From the NCBI GenBank assembly GCA_951406725.2, contig OX597817.1, positions 37,076,001-37,140,000 on the forward strand: 64,000 nt of DNA, read 5' to 3'. Positions 14,190 to 27,169 of the stretch are shown piece after piece. The notes beneath the pieces are model-generated. The model saw only the letters and a program-made list of their open reading frames with translations. It ran no database searches and was not told the DNA's origin. A program made the translations under genes and the position numbers. The first letter of the stretch is position 1. Each line of letters begins with the position of its first letter. The stretch is from Octopus vulgaris. Its lineage: Eukaryota.

Positions 14190-14398
14190 GTTTCAGATTT
14201 AGGCTTACAGTCAGAAATTTTGAGGGCAGGTGGGGAGTCGATTACATTGACCCTTGTACTTGATCAGTACTTATTCTATTGATCCTGAAACGATGAAAGT
14301 TGACCTCGGAGGGAATTGAAACTAGAACGCCAAGAACTGGAAGATATAGCGCAAGGTAATTTTTTCGATGCTTTACCGCTTCTGCCAGTTCGCTGCCT
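14190..14398 (-). mobile_element. Degenerate SINE family C copy
   Basis: GTCGATTACATTGACCC..GATGAAAGTTGACCTCGG...TCTGCCAGTTCGCTGCC. Confidence 0.7.
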
Positions 14399-17300
14399 TT
14401 AATTATACCTTTGATTTCTAATATCGATTGAATGCTTCAAATACTGGAGAAAGCAACAAATTATCAAATCGACGTAGAGCAAGACTAGTTCTTATTTTAA
14501 TAAACATAGAATTTGACCTTGATGGAATTCGAAGTTAGTATGTAAAGGGACGTAAAATATCACAATGCATTTTGTCCGGCTTTATAACACTTCTGCAATC
14601 CGCCGTTCGTTCTGTTTAAATCTGGCTTTATGTTAATATCATAAACCCATATCTTTAGATTTTAAAGAATAGTTTTTCTAAAATCTTAATTTTTACTTTT
14701 AGGTCATGTCATATAAGAATGTCAAGGCAATGAAGAATTAATAAATTTTGGCTGATGTATTCAGACATAATATATTTAATACTTCATCAGCTAATCTAAT
14801 CTAATCTTAGAAACTATATAGTTTAAACTACTTGGGCGCGATTTGAGAGGAATTTAATTGATCTTTCAAGAAGTCGAACAAAAAGTAGAAGTTCCTTCGT
14901 TGGCTCAAATTCTATACTATTTTTTATTGTAACATTATATCTCTAAATCGTAGCTGTTTGAAGAATTTCGTTTTCATATTTTGCTTCCAAGACTTTTCAT
15001 GTAAGATCGTGTGTCGTAACCGATGTTATATCTTGAGTCATTTTGTCAGTAAAGACACACGCCTTGTTTCACCATCATTTTATCATCATTAGTCAACCAG
15101 TGAGCTAATTTAACCGATTAATTAACCCCTTGCATAATTATTTGATCAATAAAACAATTAAGCAGTTTGTCAGAGTCGTTTTGTCACCATTATCAGTCTT
15201 GTTTTCTCTTTTAAAGAGTATCAATGATCACAGATAATCTTTCGTTCTGGTCAACAATAATATTACTAGTGTTCCTTATTTTCATATTTCGGGTATAGAA
15301 TCTTCATAGAATCAATAACACAATTAATTGGTGATGTTATCATTCTTTTGTCCTTTTTTTCTATAGAAAGATTTTACATCTTTTGGATTCTCGGATTGGC
15401 GAGATTCACAGGACGGTGCGTAAAATGCATTGTGGTATTTTGCCACGTACTTTTGCTTTCTGACTGCAAGTGATGCAGGATATATTTTTCACTTTTCATA
15501 TCGCCGGTCTTGTTCTTGTTATGCAGGTATTAATAAAGTACCAATGAATCAACAGGACCGATTAATCAACAAATACTTCAAACAGGTGTGGCATTTTGCC
15601 ATGTTAAAAGCATGTTAGTCCCAAGTCAACTTCGACCAAGTTGACCCAGCCAGACCATCGCTTGGTAAAGCCAGGGCTTTGTGTCTGGTTTGTAGATATT
15701 CAGAGAGCTTTTGTAGATATTCAGTAGATTTTGTATGGGGGTAAAAACCTAAAGTTAGGTTATTTATACCTCGGTATAATGTAGAACGTCTTTGGAGTCA
15801 AACTGTGAAAGATCCCTGAAATCACCCTTCATTTCGGTACCTCAAAATAGCACCTTGGGCAAGTGTTGATGTGAAGTCCGGCGGAAAAACACAAAAGTGT
15901 TATTTACCCGACAGATGCAATAGTGAACAGTGGTTATAATGGCATAATACAACTGATCATCTCATTGCACTGTCATTGGTTTCATACACTCAACATTGTG
16001 ATGGTATGTTTCCCAGTTGAATATAAATGGCAAAATGGGTTTTATTGTATTTGTCTCAGTCCACTTCTGATCGAGAAGACGTATGATCAAAGTCATTGCA
16101 ACCAGGTCTATCCCAATTTTTTGCAGGGCTTATCATATTTAAGGCAGTAAGGTGTGATATGAGGTAGACTTAGCTGTTAATGATAGGGAGTCCATAGATC
16201 GCATTAAAACTCCATCGTCGGCTCGTCTAAGAATCAGTCATGTTGATGAAAGGAATTAAACCTTAGAGCCAAAAATATGTTCCCTACTTCTGTTTTAGAA
16301 CTTCCATAGTTTTTAATTTTATCGAAAGCTTAATTTTCTTCTGTTTGAAGCAGTTCTTTGGTTCTTCATAATTCAAAACACTTATGATGTGTCAAGTAAA
16401 TATATATTTTTACGTGTTATGTAACACTATCAGATTTCTTTATTTTCTTACCGAGTTTTATACATTTCTAAACAATATCTTTAGTAACAATTTGTTATCT
16501 TTTTATGTATCCTTCTATTGTCATATGTACAGTCTCTATTTCCATTCCTGAAATAGATTCTATATGTATATCTTAATAGCGATTGTTTGTATGCTTGAGA
16601 TTTCTTAATGACTATCTTTTTTTATTTTGTTATGAGAAAAATGTAAAGTTTGATATTTAGTTATAAAGTAATTTATTTTATACGAATTAATTATACATGG
16701 GTGTTTTACTTCCTTAGATAACATTTTAGTCTCATTTATCTCTAATGGATTGATACACAAAGCAACGCATATAGATACTACGTAGCTTGTATACCTCCAT
16801 GCATTCTTAGATGGTTCTAACAATATAGCCTCTAACAATCCAGCCAGGAATTACTTTCTATCAATTACATGTTACATTCATTTACGTTCTTTTGAGAATC
16901 ATTCCTGTGTTTTCTTGTCGCTTCTCAGTTGTCCTCTATAGAAATGATTTAGCGCTCAAGTTTCCGTGTACAACGGGTTCTTCTTATCTCTTTTCGCCTC
17001 CTCCCAGATTTCTTACAGCTTTTTTATAAAGATATGTTACATATTGGGCATGATGGTTGTTGTTTTACTAATTTCAACTAGCAACGTTTTAAGTCAATAG
17101 ATCCACGGTATGTTTTGGGTGTTTTCGTCTTTCTGGCGCTATTCTTATCATCATTAAATCTATCCTCATCGTCCTACCTTTTCATACACTTGCTTAGTTC
17201 ATTACCTAAAGAAAATATTAGTTTTTCTTTTTATCTGGTAGGTTTATAAATTCTGTTAGGTTTTCAATGTTTTCTTTACATATTCATTCAATAGTACCTC

Positions 17301-17680
17301 TTACTTTATTCACTCCTAAACCATACTGTTTTTGCTTGTTTGTGTATTGAGAAAAAACCGGATGATCATTTTCAAGTTAGTGTGAAAAGAAAACACCGCG
17401 AGAGATTGTACCGGTCTAAACGTCATACAATATTAAGTTCATGCGTTCTAACTATAAATCCTGGCGGAACCAACACTACTTTGCAACGTTTTAGGTTCTG
17501 CATACTATAAAATGTGTTACAGGACGGTGATGTACAGGGCTCTATTCAATGAATTGTAAAATATAAGGACTGGAATACTTTCACAGGCATTCAAATTACA
17601 GTTTCTGTCCCATGTTGTTATATGTTCCAAATCATAATTTGTTTACATTCTCTCGACAGTTTATAACATTTTTGTAGCCA

Positions 17681-17800
17681 CCCACTGCGTGGTACCTTCG
17701 GTGGGTGTCTTCTACTATAGTTTCGGACCGACAAAAGCCTTGTGAGTGGATTTGGTAGATGGAAACTGAAAGAAGCCCGTCGTATATATGTATGTATATA

Positions 17801-17867
<67 letters not shown>

Positions 17868-18056
17868 CCCGAACATCGCTTGAAAACCGATGCTGGTGTG
17901 TTTATGTCCCCATTACTTAGCGGTTCGGCAAAAAAGACCAATAGAATAAGTACTAGGCTTACAAAAAATAAGTACTGCGGTCGATTTGTACGACTATATC
18001 TTTAAAGGATGTGCTCTACTATGGCCATACTACAACGAAATGAAACAAATTAAACG
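17681..18056 (+). mobile_element. SINE family B (5' truncated) with internal (TA)n(TG)n
   Basis: TTGTGAGTGGATTTGGTAGATGGAAACTGAAAGAAGCCCGTCG, then microsatellite, then CCGATGCTGGTGTGTTTA..CTTAGCGGTTCGGCAAAA. Confidence 0.9.
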
Positions 18057-18313
18057 ATGCGTGTTTGTGTGTGTACAAATGCATGCACACACACACACAC
18101 ATACATACACATATATATATATATATATATATGCATGCATATATATATATATATCCGAGAGAATCGAATGCTGTAAAGACTTCATGAAAAATGTTGCCTT
18201 TATGCACACACATGCACACACACACACACGATACACACACATTCAAAGCTATTGAAGTAGTGACGTGGCATTGTCGCATTGGTATGAGTGTGCATATGCC
18301 CTACTTATCGCTG

Positions 18314-18372
<59 letters not shown>

Positions 18373-18871
18373 CTTTGAATAACTGTATTCTGACACTTCA
18401 TACAAAATATTGTCCAGTCCACCTCATTAAAGGTTCCTAAAGAGGATTGCAATAAGTTATGTTTCTAGATTTTACACAGTGGATCAATAAAAACGGGCAA
18501 CATATTTTGATTGTTGTCATTTGGAAATGATTTGTATAACATATAGCATTCAGACACTTTGTGTGATGTACAGGATTCAGGAACATCAATATCTTTACAT
18601 GTGTCATATAAATAATATCAATGCCCTCTAACAAGTGAATTGATCAATTGATGAAACCAAATTTATTATCTGCGTTCTGTTTCACCTCTCTGGTATTGAT
18701 GCATAGAAATAATGAAAATATACTTTTGCATACGCACAGCAACAGCTCTGTTTATCTCTCACTCTTTCTCTCTCTCTCTCTATCTCTTTCTGTTTGTCGG
18801 TCTCTCTCGATCTCTATCTATTTCTGTATGCGTGCATAAATATACATATATACACACACATGCATATATAT

Positions 18872-18943
<72 letters not shown>

Positions 18944-19018
18944 CGATAGAGAGAGAGAGAAACGATTTCGCTTAGGCGTAGGGCTTCCTATATCTAGTTG
19001 ATAGAACTTTATATTTAT

Positions 19019-19019
<1 letters not shown>

Positions 19020-19113
<94 letters not shown>
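19020..19113. repeat. (GATA)n microsatellite
   Basis: Uninterrupted run seen directly. Confidence 0.95.
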
Positions 19114-19115
<2 letters not shown>

Positions 19116-19475
19116 CGGATCTGCTTTAGAATAGACCGTTTGGCGAATATAGAGCGTGTTATTAATTAACGAATGAGATAGAAACATGAATTATGTAACC
19201 AATTTCATTATCTTACAGCAGCTTCAACTATGAGCAGTGGAGCGCTGAGAGCCGTGGGCAGGAGCAAATCTTGCGATATCATCATCCTTTAGAAGTCAGT
19301 AATATATATATGGAATCTTACATATATACCAATCTTACATATATACCATTCTGCCTAAAAAGGGATCTACAACTTCAATATCACTACATACCTAACATCT
19401 ATTTTCTTTCCTCTACCTCACTGTCTATTTTGTCTCCTATCTAAATTAACTATTATTTAACCATCCTCTCACACC

Positions 19476-19527
19476 GTCTACGATGAAGGGATGTAATTAA
19501 TAAACATCCTGGAAACAGCTGTAAGAC
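19476..19527 (+). ncRNA. Degenerate minimal type I hammerhead ribozyme in a putative Penelope-like terminal repeat
   Basis: GTCT [ACGATGA] A GGGATGT-AATTAATAA-ACATCCT G [GAAA] C AGCT [GTA] AGAC: helix I GTCT/AGAC, 7-bp helix II, palindromic helix III (ACAGCTGT) and a GUA triplet. The core deviates from CUGAUGA at two positions. Confidence 0.6.
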
Positions 19528-19594
19528 CTTCTATCTATAAATGCTCTAATACCTGCACAGCCTTGGGTTTTTTTTATCTCATTACGCAAAAATT

Positions 19595-19663
<69 letters not shown>

Positions 19664-20009
19664 GAAATGTGACAACAAATGATATGGATATTTATCTATA
19701 TGTATAGAATATGCATAGAATAGGTTTTTTATAAAAAATACCGATGAGAATATGTATATATAAACATATGTATATGTATATGGATATTTATCTATATGTA
19801 TAGAATATGCATAGAATAGGTTTTTTATAGCGTATATCGCCCTAATACCCGATGAGAATGCTTATTGCAGAGCACAGCTAAAAACGTCTTTATATCTGCC
19901 AATTTACTGATATGACAATTTACTGATTGTCCTGTCAACCTTCACAGGAGATGAAACGTAGGTCCATCATTATGAGGCAGTCGAGAGATGGTAATGGTGA
20001 GCCGGTAAC

Positions 20010-20480
20010 TTATAGATATGGTAGCTCATTGTCTGCAGATTAGTAATGGTTCTGCCTATGAGATCATCCACGATGAGCTCGGCTTCCATACAAATGCCGA
20101 AGCGTATTTTCGAAGAAAATGTTGTTGTTGCCTGACAATGCACGCCTACACACGGCCACCCAGGCTGTTGAAACCATTAATCAATTGGATTTTATGTCAG
20201 CCAACGTTTACTCAATCGCTCCTTCCGATTATCATATATTTGGACCGCTCAAAGATGGTTTACGAGGTTGTTGATTTTCTACTGATGAAGATGTGATGGA
20301 AGCGGTGCACGACCAACGGAAAACCTTTTCTTGGAGAGAATACGAAAGCTTGTGGACCGTTGAACCAAGTATATCGAAAAGGAAGGAAACTGTGTAGAAA
20401 AATGACGTACTTCTTAATCCCACCGTTTTTCTAAATAGACAAAAAGTCAAGAGTGTGTATAATTTTTTCTCACTCTCGTA
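20010..20480 (+). mobile_element. Mariner (Tc1/mariner) transposase relic, internally deleted, with 3' end
   Basis: Translations VAHCLQISNGSAYEIIHDELGFH (HTH), LLLPDNARLHTA (HDNARPH motif), APSDYHIFGPLKDGLRG.FSTDEDVMEAVHD and IRKLVDR*TKYIEKEGNCVEK*. It ends in CTCTCGTA, a plausible TIR terminus. Confidence 0.9.
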
Positions 20481-20490
20481 TGTATGAATG

Positions 20491-20521
<31 letters not shown>

Positions 20522-20523
<2 letters not shown>

Positions 20524-20775
20524 GCACAGGAGTGGCTGTGTAGTAAGTAGCTTGCTTACTAACTACATGGTTCCGGGTTCACTCCCACACCGTGTCAACT
20601 TGGGCAAGTTTCTTCTACTATAGCCTCGGACCGACCAAAACCTTGTGAGTGGATTTGGTAATAGAATAGGTACTAGACTTACAAAGAATAAGTCCTGGGG
20701 ACGATTTGTCGACTAAATGCGATTTGTTTGAGTAATGGCCGCAGTCAAATGAGTGAAACAAATAAAAGAAGGAAA
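20522..20775 (+). mobile_element. SINE family B with internal deletion
   Basis: GGCACAGGAGTGGCTGTGTAGTAAG head; GGATTTGGTA is joined directly to ATAGAATAGGTACTAG, so the microsatellite segment is missing. Confidence 0.9.
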
Positions 20776-20999
20776 GCATATAAGTTTATATCTATGTGTG
20801 TATACCTTTCTGTCTGTGTCTTAACTCAGCATTTATGATATTTGCAACACTTGATTTTGAGTCACTTTGTGACTCCTGCAAATAGAAAATCAAAATATAG
20901 TTACGATCTCACACTCTCTATCCCTCTCTCTTTTCCTTTCTCTCTCTCTCCCTCTCTCTCTCTCACATTTTCTCTGTGCATATATATATATATATAAGA

Positions 21000-22168
21000 A
21001 AGAAAAGAGTGAAAAACTACAGAAGGTTTCTGTTATATCGTTAAAGAATATATTTAAATCGTTATGTTAGAAAAATGTTATAAAATTTTGCGTGTAGTTT
21101 TTGGAGAAATGGCCGGTTTCGTATTTTCTTTTCAAATTTCTTTACCTATATAGTGTCATGTCTTCGCTATGTTGTGAAATATGGAGTTCCAGGTAGAGGA
21201 AGGTAATCAAGGATTTTCCGGTATAAGGGAGATAATCAAAGATGTTGGGAATGACTAGGCTTGATTAATTTAACATGATTTGGTTTAGAAAGAATAGAAT
21301 GTTACAAGTGATTAGGTTTTGCTTTATATTTTTTCAATGAGGTAAGTTTCCTTATTGAAAAATGTTAGAAATGGTTAAGTTTTGGCTTATATTTTTCAAT
21401 GAAGAAGGTTTCCTTATTTAATCTAACTTGTGTTGGTGTTCGAATGGCACATTGATAGAATTGAAAGACTACAAATTGTGGTAGCATTTGCTTTGAGAAT
21501 TTCTCAATATGTTCACTAAACGGTATTATTCTGTATTCTGGGAATGCAATCGATGCAGAGTGCAGCTGCGTCTGAGCGATAATTCCGTGGACCCTATGTA
21601 GTTTTGGTGGTAGCCCGAGAATCTTACGACATAAGTCAGGTTTTCTGAAGCACAAGTAAAGTCATATTTGATTTTGAATTTTTGTCCCTCTTTGAAGAGG
21701 AATTCTGATCCTTCTAGAAGATTTGGGCATGTTGCACACTTAGGTCTACCACATTTTTAAACTTTTGCATCCGTTATTTTAGAAAATAATTTTGCCTTTA
21801 TGAGGATCTTTTTTAGTGATTTCGGTTGTTTGTAGCTTTTAATGACTTTATGTATGTTAACATTTCCTTTAATTTGAGGTTGCATGTAAATATGTACAGC
21901 AGTATTTTCGGGGAAGGTGTGTTGCTGTGTTGAACTTTTCTTAAGGTTTCTATGTCGAGTTGTGTTGCACGTTTGATTCCATCCTCTATGAGTTGAACTG
22001 GGTAGTGTCTGTCAATTAGGGTATTTTTGAGTTCTTTCAGTCTAAAGTTTCTGGTATTTTGTTCTGACACTATTGTGCATACCCTTCTTGCAAGGTTGAA
22101 GGGGATGATTGTTTTGCTGTGTCTTGGGTGGCATGAATTAAATAGTAGATATTATTTGGCATCTGTGG
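21000..22168 (-). mobile_element. Penelope-like element (PLE) relic, 5' truncated: RT C-terminus, Cys linker, GIY-YIG endonuclease, 3' terminal region
   Basis: Minus-strand translation: TDAK*YLLFNSCHPRHSKTIIPFNLARRVCTIVSEQNTRNFRLKELKNTLIDRHYP; KCGRPKCATCP..FTCASENLTYVVRFSGYHQNYIGSTE (GIY-YIG); PFSEHI..KETFFIEKYKPKLN. Stops and frameshifts are present. The Cys-rich linker is typical of Neptune-type PLEs. Confidence 0.9.
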
Positions 22169-22932
22169 TCATAACCGACGTTCTACCATTGAACCAATGC
22201 AATCCTTCGAATTTCTCTATACATTTTAGAAACTTTTTGTATATATGCATGTATGTATGTATGTATTTATGCATATATGTATGTAAGTATGTATATGTCT
22301 ATCTGTATATATATGTATATGTTTATCTGAGTCTGTATTGAGGCTTGATTTTGCATATAGGAAATATATATTTTCAGACAAACACCTTTGTAACTTGTGT
22401 ACACAGAACCGGTACAATTCTCCATTTTATTTGAAGGTGGTTTCAATATTTGATTTAAATATGAAATATTGTTCTTAAAAGTAATGTCTATTAAAATAGA
22501 GTTTCGTGGTATTCCAATCAAATTTCATATTATGAAAACCAAACTTCAGTCTCACGTGTATTGTTTTCTATCGACTGGAGGCTCGACTAGTGAATCAAAC
22601 TATTAATCTCGTAGAATTATATATGCAAATACGATCTTAAATTGAAATATTTTCATTTATTGTTCAAGTTAATACGCTAAATAGGGGCTCAATGTTATTA
22701 TTAACATCAAATAAAATGGCTTCTGGCGTCGATGAAATTCTCTGCGGGCGCTTAAAATACAAAATCAGCTAACGAAAATAGCATTCAACACCTGAGATTA
22801 GATATTTAGAAAAGGAAAACATAATTTATTCTCTCCATCAGCCATATGTGACAGCACACGTAGAAACAGGCAGACAGAAAAATTCACTCATAGAAAGTTG
22901 TGTGTGTATTTACAGTCATATATTCATACAAA

Positions 22933-22979
<47 letters not shown>

Positions 22980-22999
22980 ATATTCATGAACAGTTAAGT

Positions 23000-23186
23000 A
23001 GGTAGGTTGGTAGGTAGGTAGAGACAGACAGATAGATAGATAGATAGATGATAGACAGACAGACAGGCAGACAGGTAGATGATAGACAGATAGATGATAG
23101 ACAGATAGATGATAGATAGATAGGTAGGTAGGTAGGTAGGTAGGTAGATAGATAGATAGACATAGATAGATAGTAGATAGATAGAT

Positions 23187-23239
<53 letters not shown>

Positions 23240-23332
23240 GTAGGTAGGATAGATAGTAGGTAGGTAGACATATAAATTGGTAGATAGACATATAAATAGG
23301 TAGATAGACATATAGATAGGTAGGTAGGTAGG

Positions 23333-23430
<98 letters not shown>
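23000..23430. repeat. Compound (GATA)n/(GGTA)n/(GACA)n microsatellite
   Basis: Seen directly. Confidence 0.95.
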
Positions 23431-23589
23431 TCACATATATTCCTTTTCGATCTCACACTAAATCTGACTCAATGAAGAAAAGTATTGAATCATGCTTTAG
23501 AACAGCAATGAAATTCCATCAAAGTATTGATTAAATTTTCATGATCTAAGATCAAATTACTGGCCAGTACACTGCGAAATCTTTCGTGT

Positions 23590-23708
23590 ATATATGCTTA
23601 TATATATATATAAGGAGAGAGAGAGATAGGTAGGTAGATAACATGTATATGTACGCATAGGATATATAGGATATATCTATGTATATATATATATATTATA
23701 TGTATGTA

Positions 23709-23741
<33 letters not shown>

Positions 23742-23772
23742 ATGTATATATATGCATATATATATATGTATG

Positions 23773-23803
<31 letters not shown>

Positions 23804-23867
23804 ATATATGTATATATATATATGTATGTATATATATGTATATATATATATGTATGTATATATATGT

Positions 23868-23915
<48 letters not shown>

Positions 23916-24080
23916 GTATATGTATGTATGTATGTATATGTATGTATGTATATGTATGTATATATATGTATGTATGTATGTATGTATATGTATATATATG
24001 TATGTATGTATATGTATGTATATGTATGTATGTATGTATATGTATGTATGTATGTATATGTATGTATGTACGTATATGTT
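23590..24080. repeat. Compound (TA)n/(TATG)n microsatellite
   Basis: Seen directly. Confidence 0.95.
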
Positions 24081-24644
24081 TATCATATACCTGTTAAATT
24101 GATCTAAACTAGCGAAAATACAATCAATAACTTGATAGAATTTCTTTTGCTGCTTTAATGCTTGATTTAATATCTTCGTTTCCACAGATCCAGGTTTAAT
24201 ACAGGCTGGCAAGCTAATGAGTTGATATTAATAATATATTCAGAAATTAATTTTCTTTTGGAATTCAGGAATTACAGAAATCGATACCAGAACGTTGACA
24301 CTCTGTACGTAAGAATTACTTCGATTCGACTTCGAACCAAGGAAGTAGTATGAATATGTTGTCAATGTTTGTGAGAAATATCATTTAACCTTCACTGAAA
24401 ATACCCATTTCATTGAGCTTGTGAAATCATAAGGCCCTGTTACCCGGTTTTCCTGGTGCGTAAGTAACCGAAATCCCATTTCCCCTGAAAGGAACACAGG
24501 GTGATAGCATCGACCCCAGTGATTTACTGATACCTTATTATTATATGGATACGAAATGATGAAGGGTAAGGTTCACATCGGTAGGATATGAATTTAGAAC
24601 ATAAAAAGTCCGGAAGCTTTGCTGCTAAAAGTTTAGTCTGAGGC

Positions 24645-25055
24645 TCTCTTTACTCTTTTACTCTTTTACTTGTTTCAGTCATGTGACTGCGGCCATGCTG
24701 GAGCACCGCCTTTAGTCGAGCAAATCGAGCCCAGGACTTATTCCTGTAAGCCTATTACTTATTCTATCGGGCTCTTTTTGCCGAACCGCTAAGTTACGGG
24801 GACGTAAACACCAGCATCGGTTGTCAAGCGATGTTGCGGGGACAAACACAGACACACAAACATACACACACATATATATATATACATATATACGACGGGC
24901 TTCTTTCAGTTTCCGATTACCAAATCCACTCACAAGGCTTTGGTCGGCCTGAGGCTATACTAGAAGACACTTGCCCAAGTTGTGACGCAGTGGGACTGAA
25001 CCCGAAACCATGTGGTTGGTAAGCAAACTACTTACCACAAAGCCACTTCTGCGCC
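24645..25055 (-). mobile_element. SINE family B (full length)
   Basis: Close reverse complement of 49161-49596, including the (TACTCTTT)n tail. Confidence 0.92.
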
Positions 25056-25221
25056 TACGATTCCACACTCTATATTCTATATTCTCTAATAATTATGCCA
25101 GCTCGCTGCCTTAAAACTACACTCTACTTATTTGAAATTTGAGACACTAGATAAAAATCTATTCATCGTAGATCTGCTAAAAGCAACTACAACATCAACG
25201 TAAGATACCTGTGATTCTCTT

Positions 25222-25624
25222 TCACTCTACTTACTCTTTTATTTGTTTCAATCATCTGACTGCGTCCATGCTGGAGCATCGGCTTTGGTTGAAAAAAATC
25301 GATCCCAGTACTTATTCTTAGTAAACCTAGTATTTATTCTATCGGTCACTTTTGCCCAACCGCTAAGTTACGGAGACGTAGACGCACCAATATCTGTTGT
25401 CAAGCGATGGTGGATGGGGGACAGACACAGACACAGAAATAAATAAACAAAAGTATATATATACACACTACGGGCTTCTTTCAGTTTCCTCTACAAAATC
25501 CACTCACAAGGCATTGGTCGGTCCGAGGCTATAACAGAGGACACATGCCCAAGGTCCATGCAGTGGGATTGAACCCGGAATCATGTGATTGGTAAGCAAG
25601 CTACTTACCACACAGCCACTCCTG
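25222..25624 (-). mobile_element. SINE family B (full length, more diverged)
   Basis: Co-linear with the adjacent copy at 24645-25055. Confidence 0.88.
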
Positions 25625-25952
25625 TTTGTATAAGTTATATAAAACCAATGAGTTCCCTTCATATTTTACAAAAAGATGCAGCTTGCTTTTGGGGTTGATG
25701 AAAAGGCCAAATTTTGCAGTATAACAGCATAACTTCATCTCTCAAGGTTTATATACGCTTTTCCTATTCACCTGGTTTGAGTCCTCTGACTACAATGGTG
25801 TCGATGCAGAATTTTCAAAGTCATTTCGTCGGTCATATAGGCCAAAGTAATTTCATTTTGAATATTTATTTTATGGATCAGTAAGTTATGTTGTTGATGG
25901 AAGAAATGTAACACTACGCACAATTTTATACCAATATAGAGAAATACATACT

Positions 25953-26255
25953 GAGACCCCTTCAGTCATGACTGACCGTGGGATTGCACCTAGAAAATTT
26001 ATCCTCACAGGTACAAGTCTGGGCAAGGTTGTTTATTGAAGACCAGCAGTCGCCCATGCATACCGACCTCCCCTCTCCACGCCACCAGTGATATCCAAGG
26101 GAAAGGCAACGGCTGATACAGCTTGGCACCTGTGACGTCGCAACTCATTTCGACAGCTGAGTGAACTGGAGCAACGTGAGTTAAGGTGTCTTGCTCAAGA
26201 ACACAACATGCACGATCGTAAGCTCGACGCTCTAACCACTGAGCCATGCGCCTTC
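25953..26255 (-). mobile_element. tRNA-derived SINE family E (family A-like head, different body and tail)
   Basis: Minus strand GAAGGCGCATGGCTCAGTGGTTAGAGCG..TGTTCTTGAGCAAGACAC..CACTCAGCTG, then a distinct body ending GGTGCAATCCCACGGTCAGTCATGACTGAAGGGGTC. Confidence 0.88.
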
Positions 26256-26269
26256 GCATAACACGGACT

Positions 26270-26314
<45 letters not shown>

Positions 26315-26385
26315 TATATAGAGAGATAGATAGATAGATAGATAGATAAAGGGTGAAATATAATGAATTTAATAAAATCAACAAA

Positions 26386-26444
<59 letters not shown>

Positions 26445-26477
26445 CCCGTCGTTGCTAGCATAGTGCTAGTGCATGTA

Positions 26478-26529
<52 letters not shown>

Positions 26530-27169
26530 TCTATATATATATATATACATCTACACATAAACTACAAAGTTATATCTTGATATCGCTAGTGATAACAATA
26601 CTCAAAATATATAACAGACTGGAATTGTAAGCCCGTCTCTTGCAATTTCGATCAATTGTATCTTGAAGTGTGGCTACAATCCAGCCTACCTCTACTGCTG
26701 GGGAAGGGGACATTTTTAATTTTTATCCGGGACGTCCTACATCCCAGATATAAAGGTAATAATAAAATATTTCCACTTTGCAAGTTCGAGTCGAGTACTC
26801 CCTTGCACGCTCCGTGTTAGATATCTTTCATAGTCGCACCAAGATACTTTTCAATGGTGCTTTCCTCCAGGTGTTCAAATATTTTTTCTCTACATTGTAT
26901 ACTTTATAGACAATAGTCTTTTCTTTAATTTAATTTTTTATTATCCATCTGGACTATTCCATTTCTGCACGCTAATTTTATTTTTAATTTATTCCCATTG
27001 ATGTGAAACCACTTATTCAGGTTCAAGTCATTGATGCAATTTTATACCAATTGCTAAATTGCTATTTTTACTTTTGTTATGTTACGATTATATTATACTT
27101 TAGTTTGATTTTAATTATTACTTACTACATATAATTGAATTGTTATTATTATCTCTAATTTTTATTGTT

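Noticed and set aside
10225-15535. Other pyrimidine-AG|GT juxtapositions (~10237, ~10350, ~14702, ~15526)
   Set aside because: Short tracts and weak donors (GTCATA, GTGACT, GTCATG, GTATTA) are expected by chance in AT-rich DNA, unlike the 58026 site.
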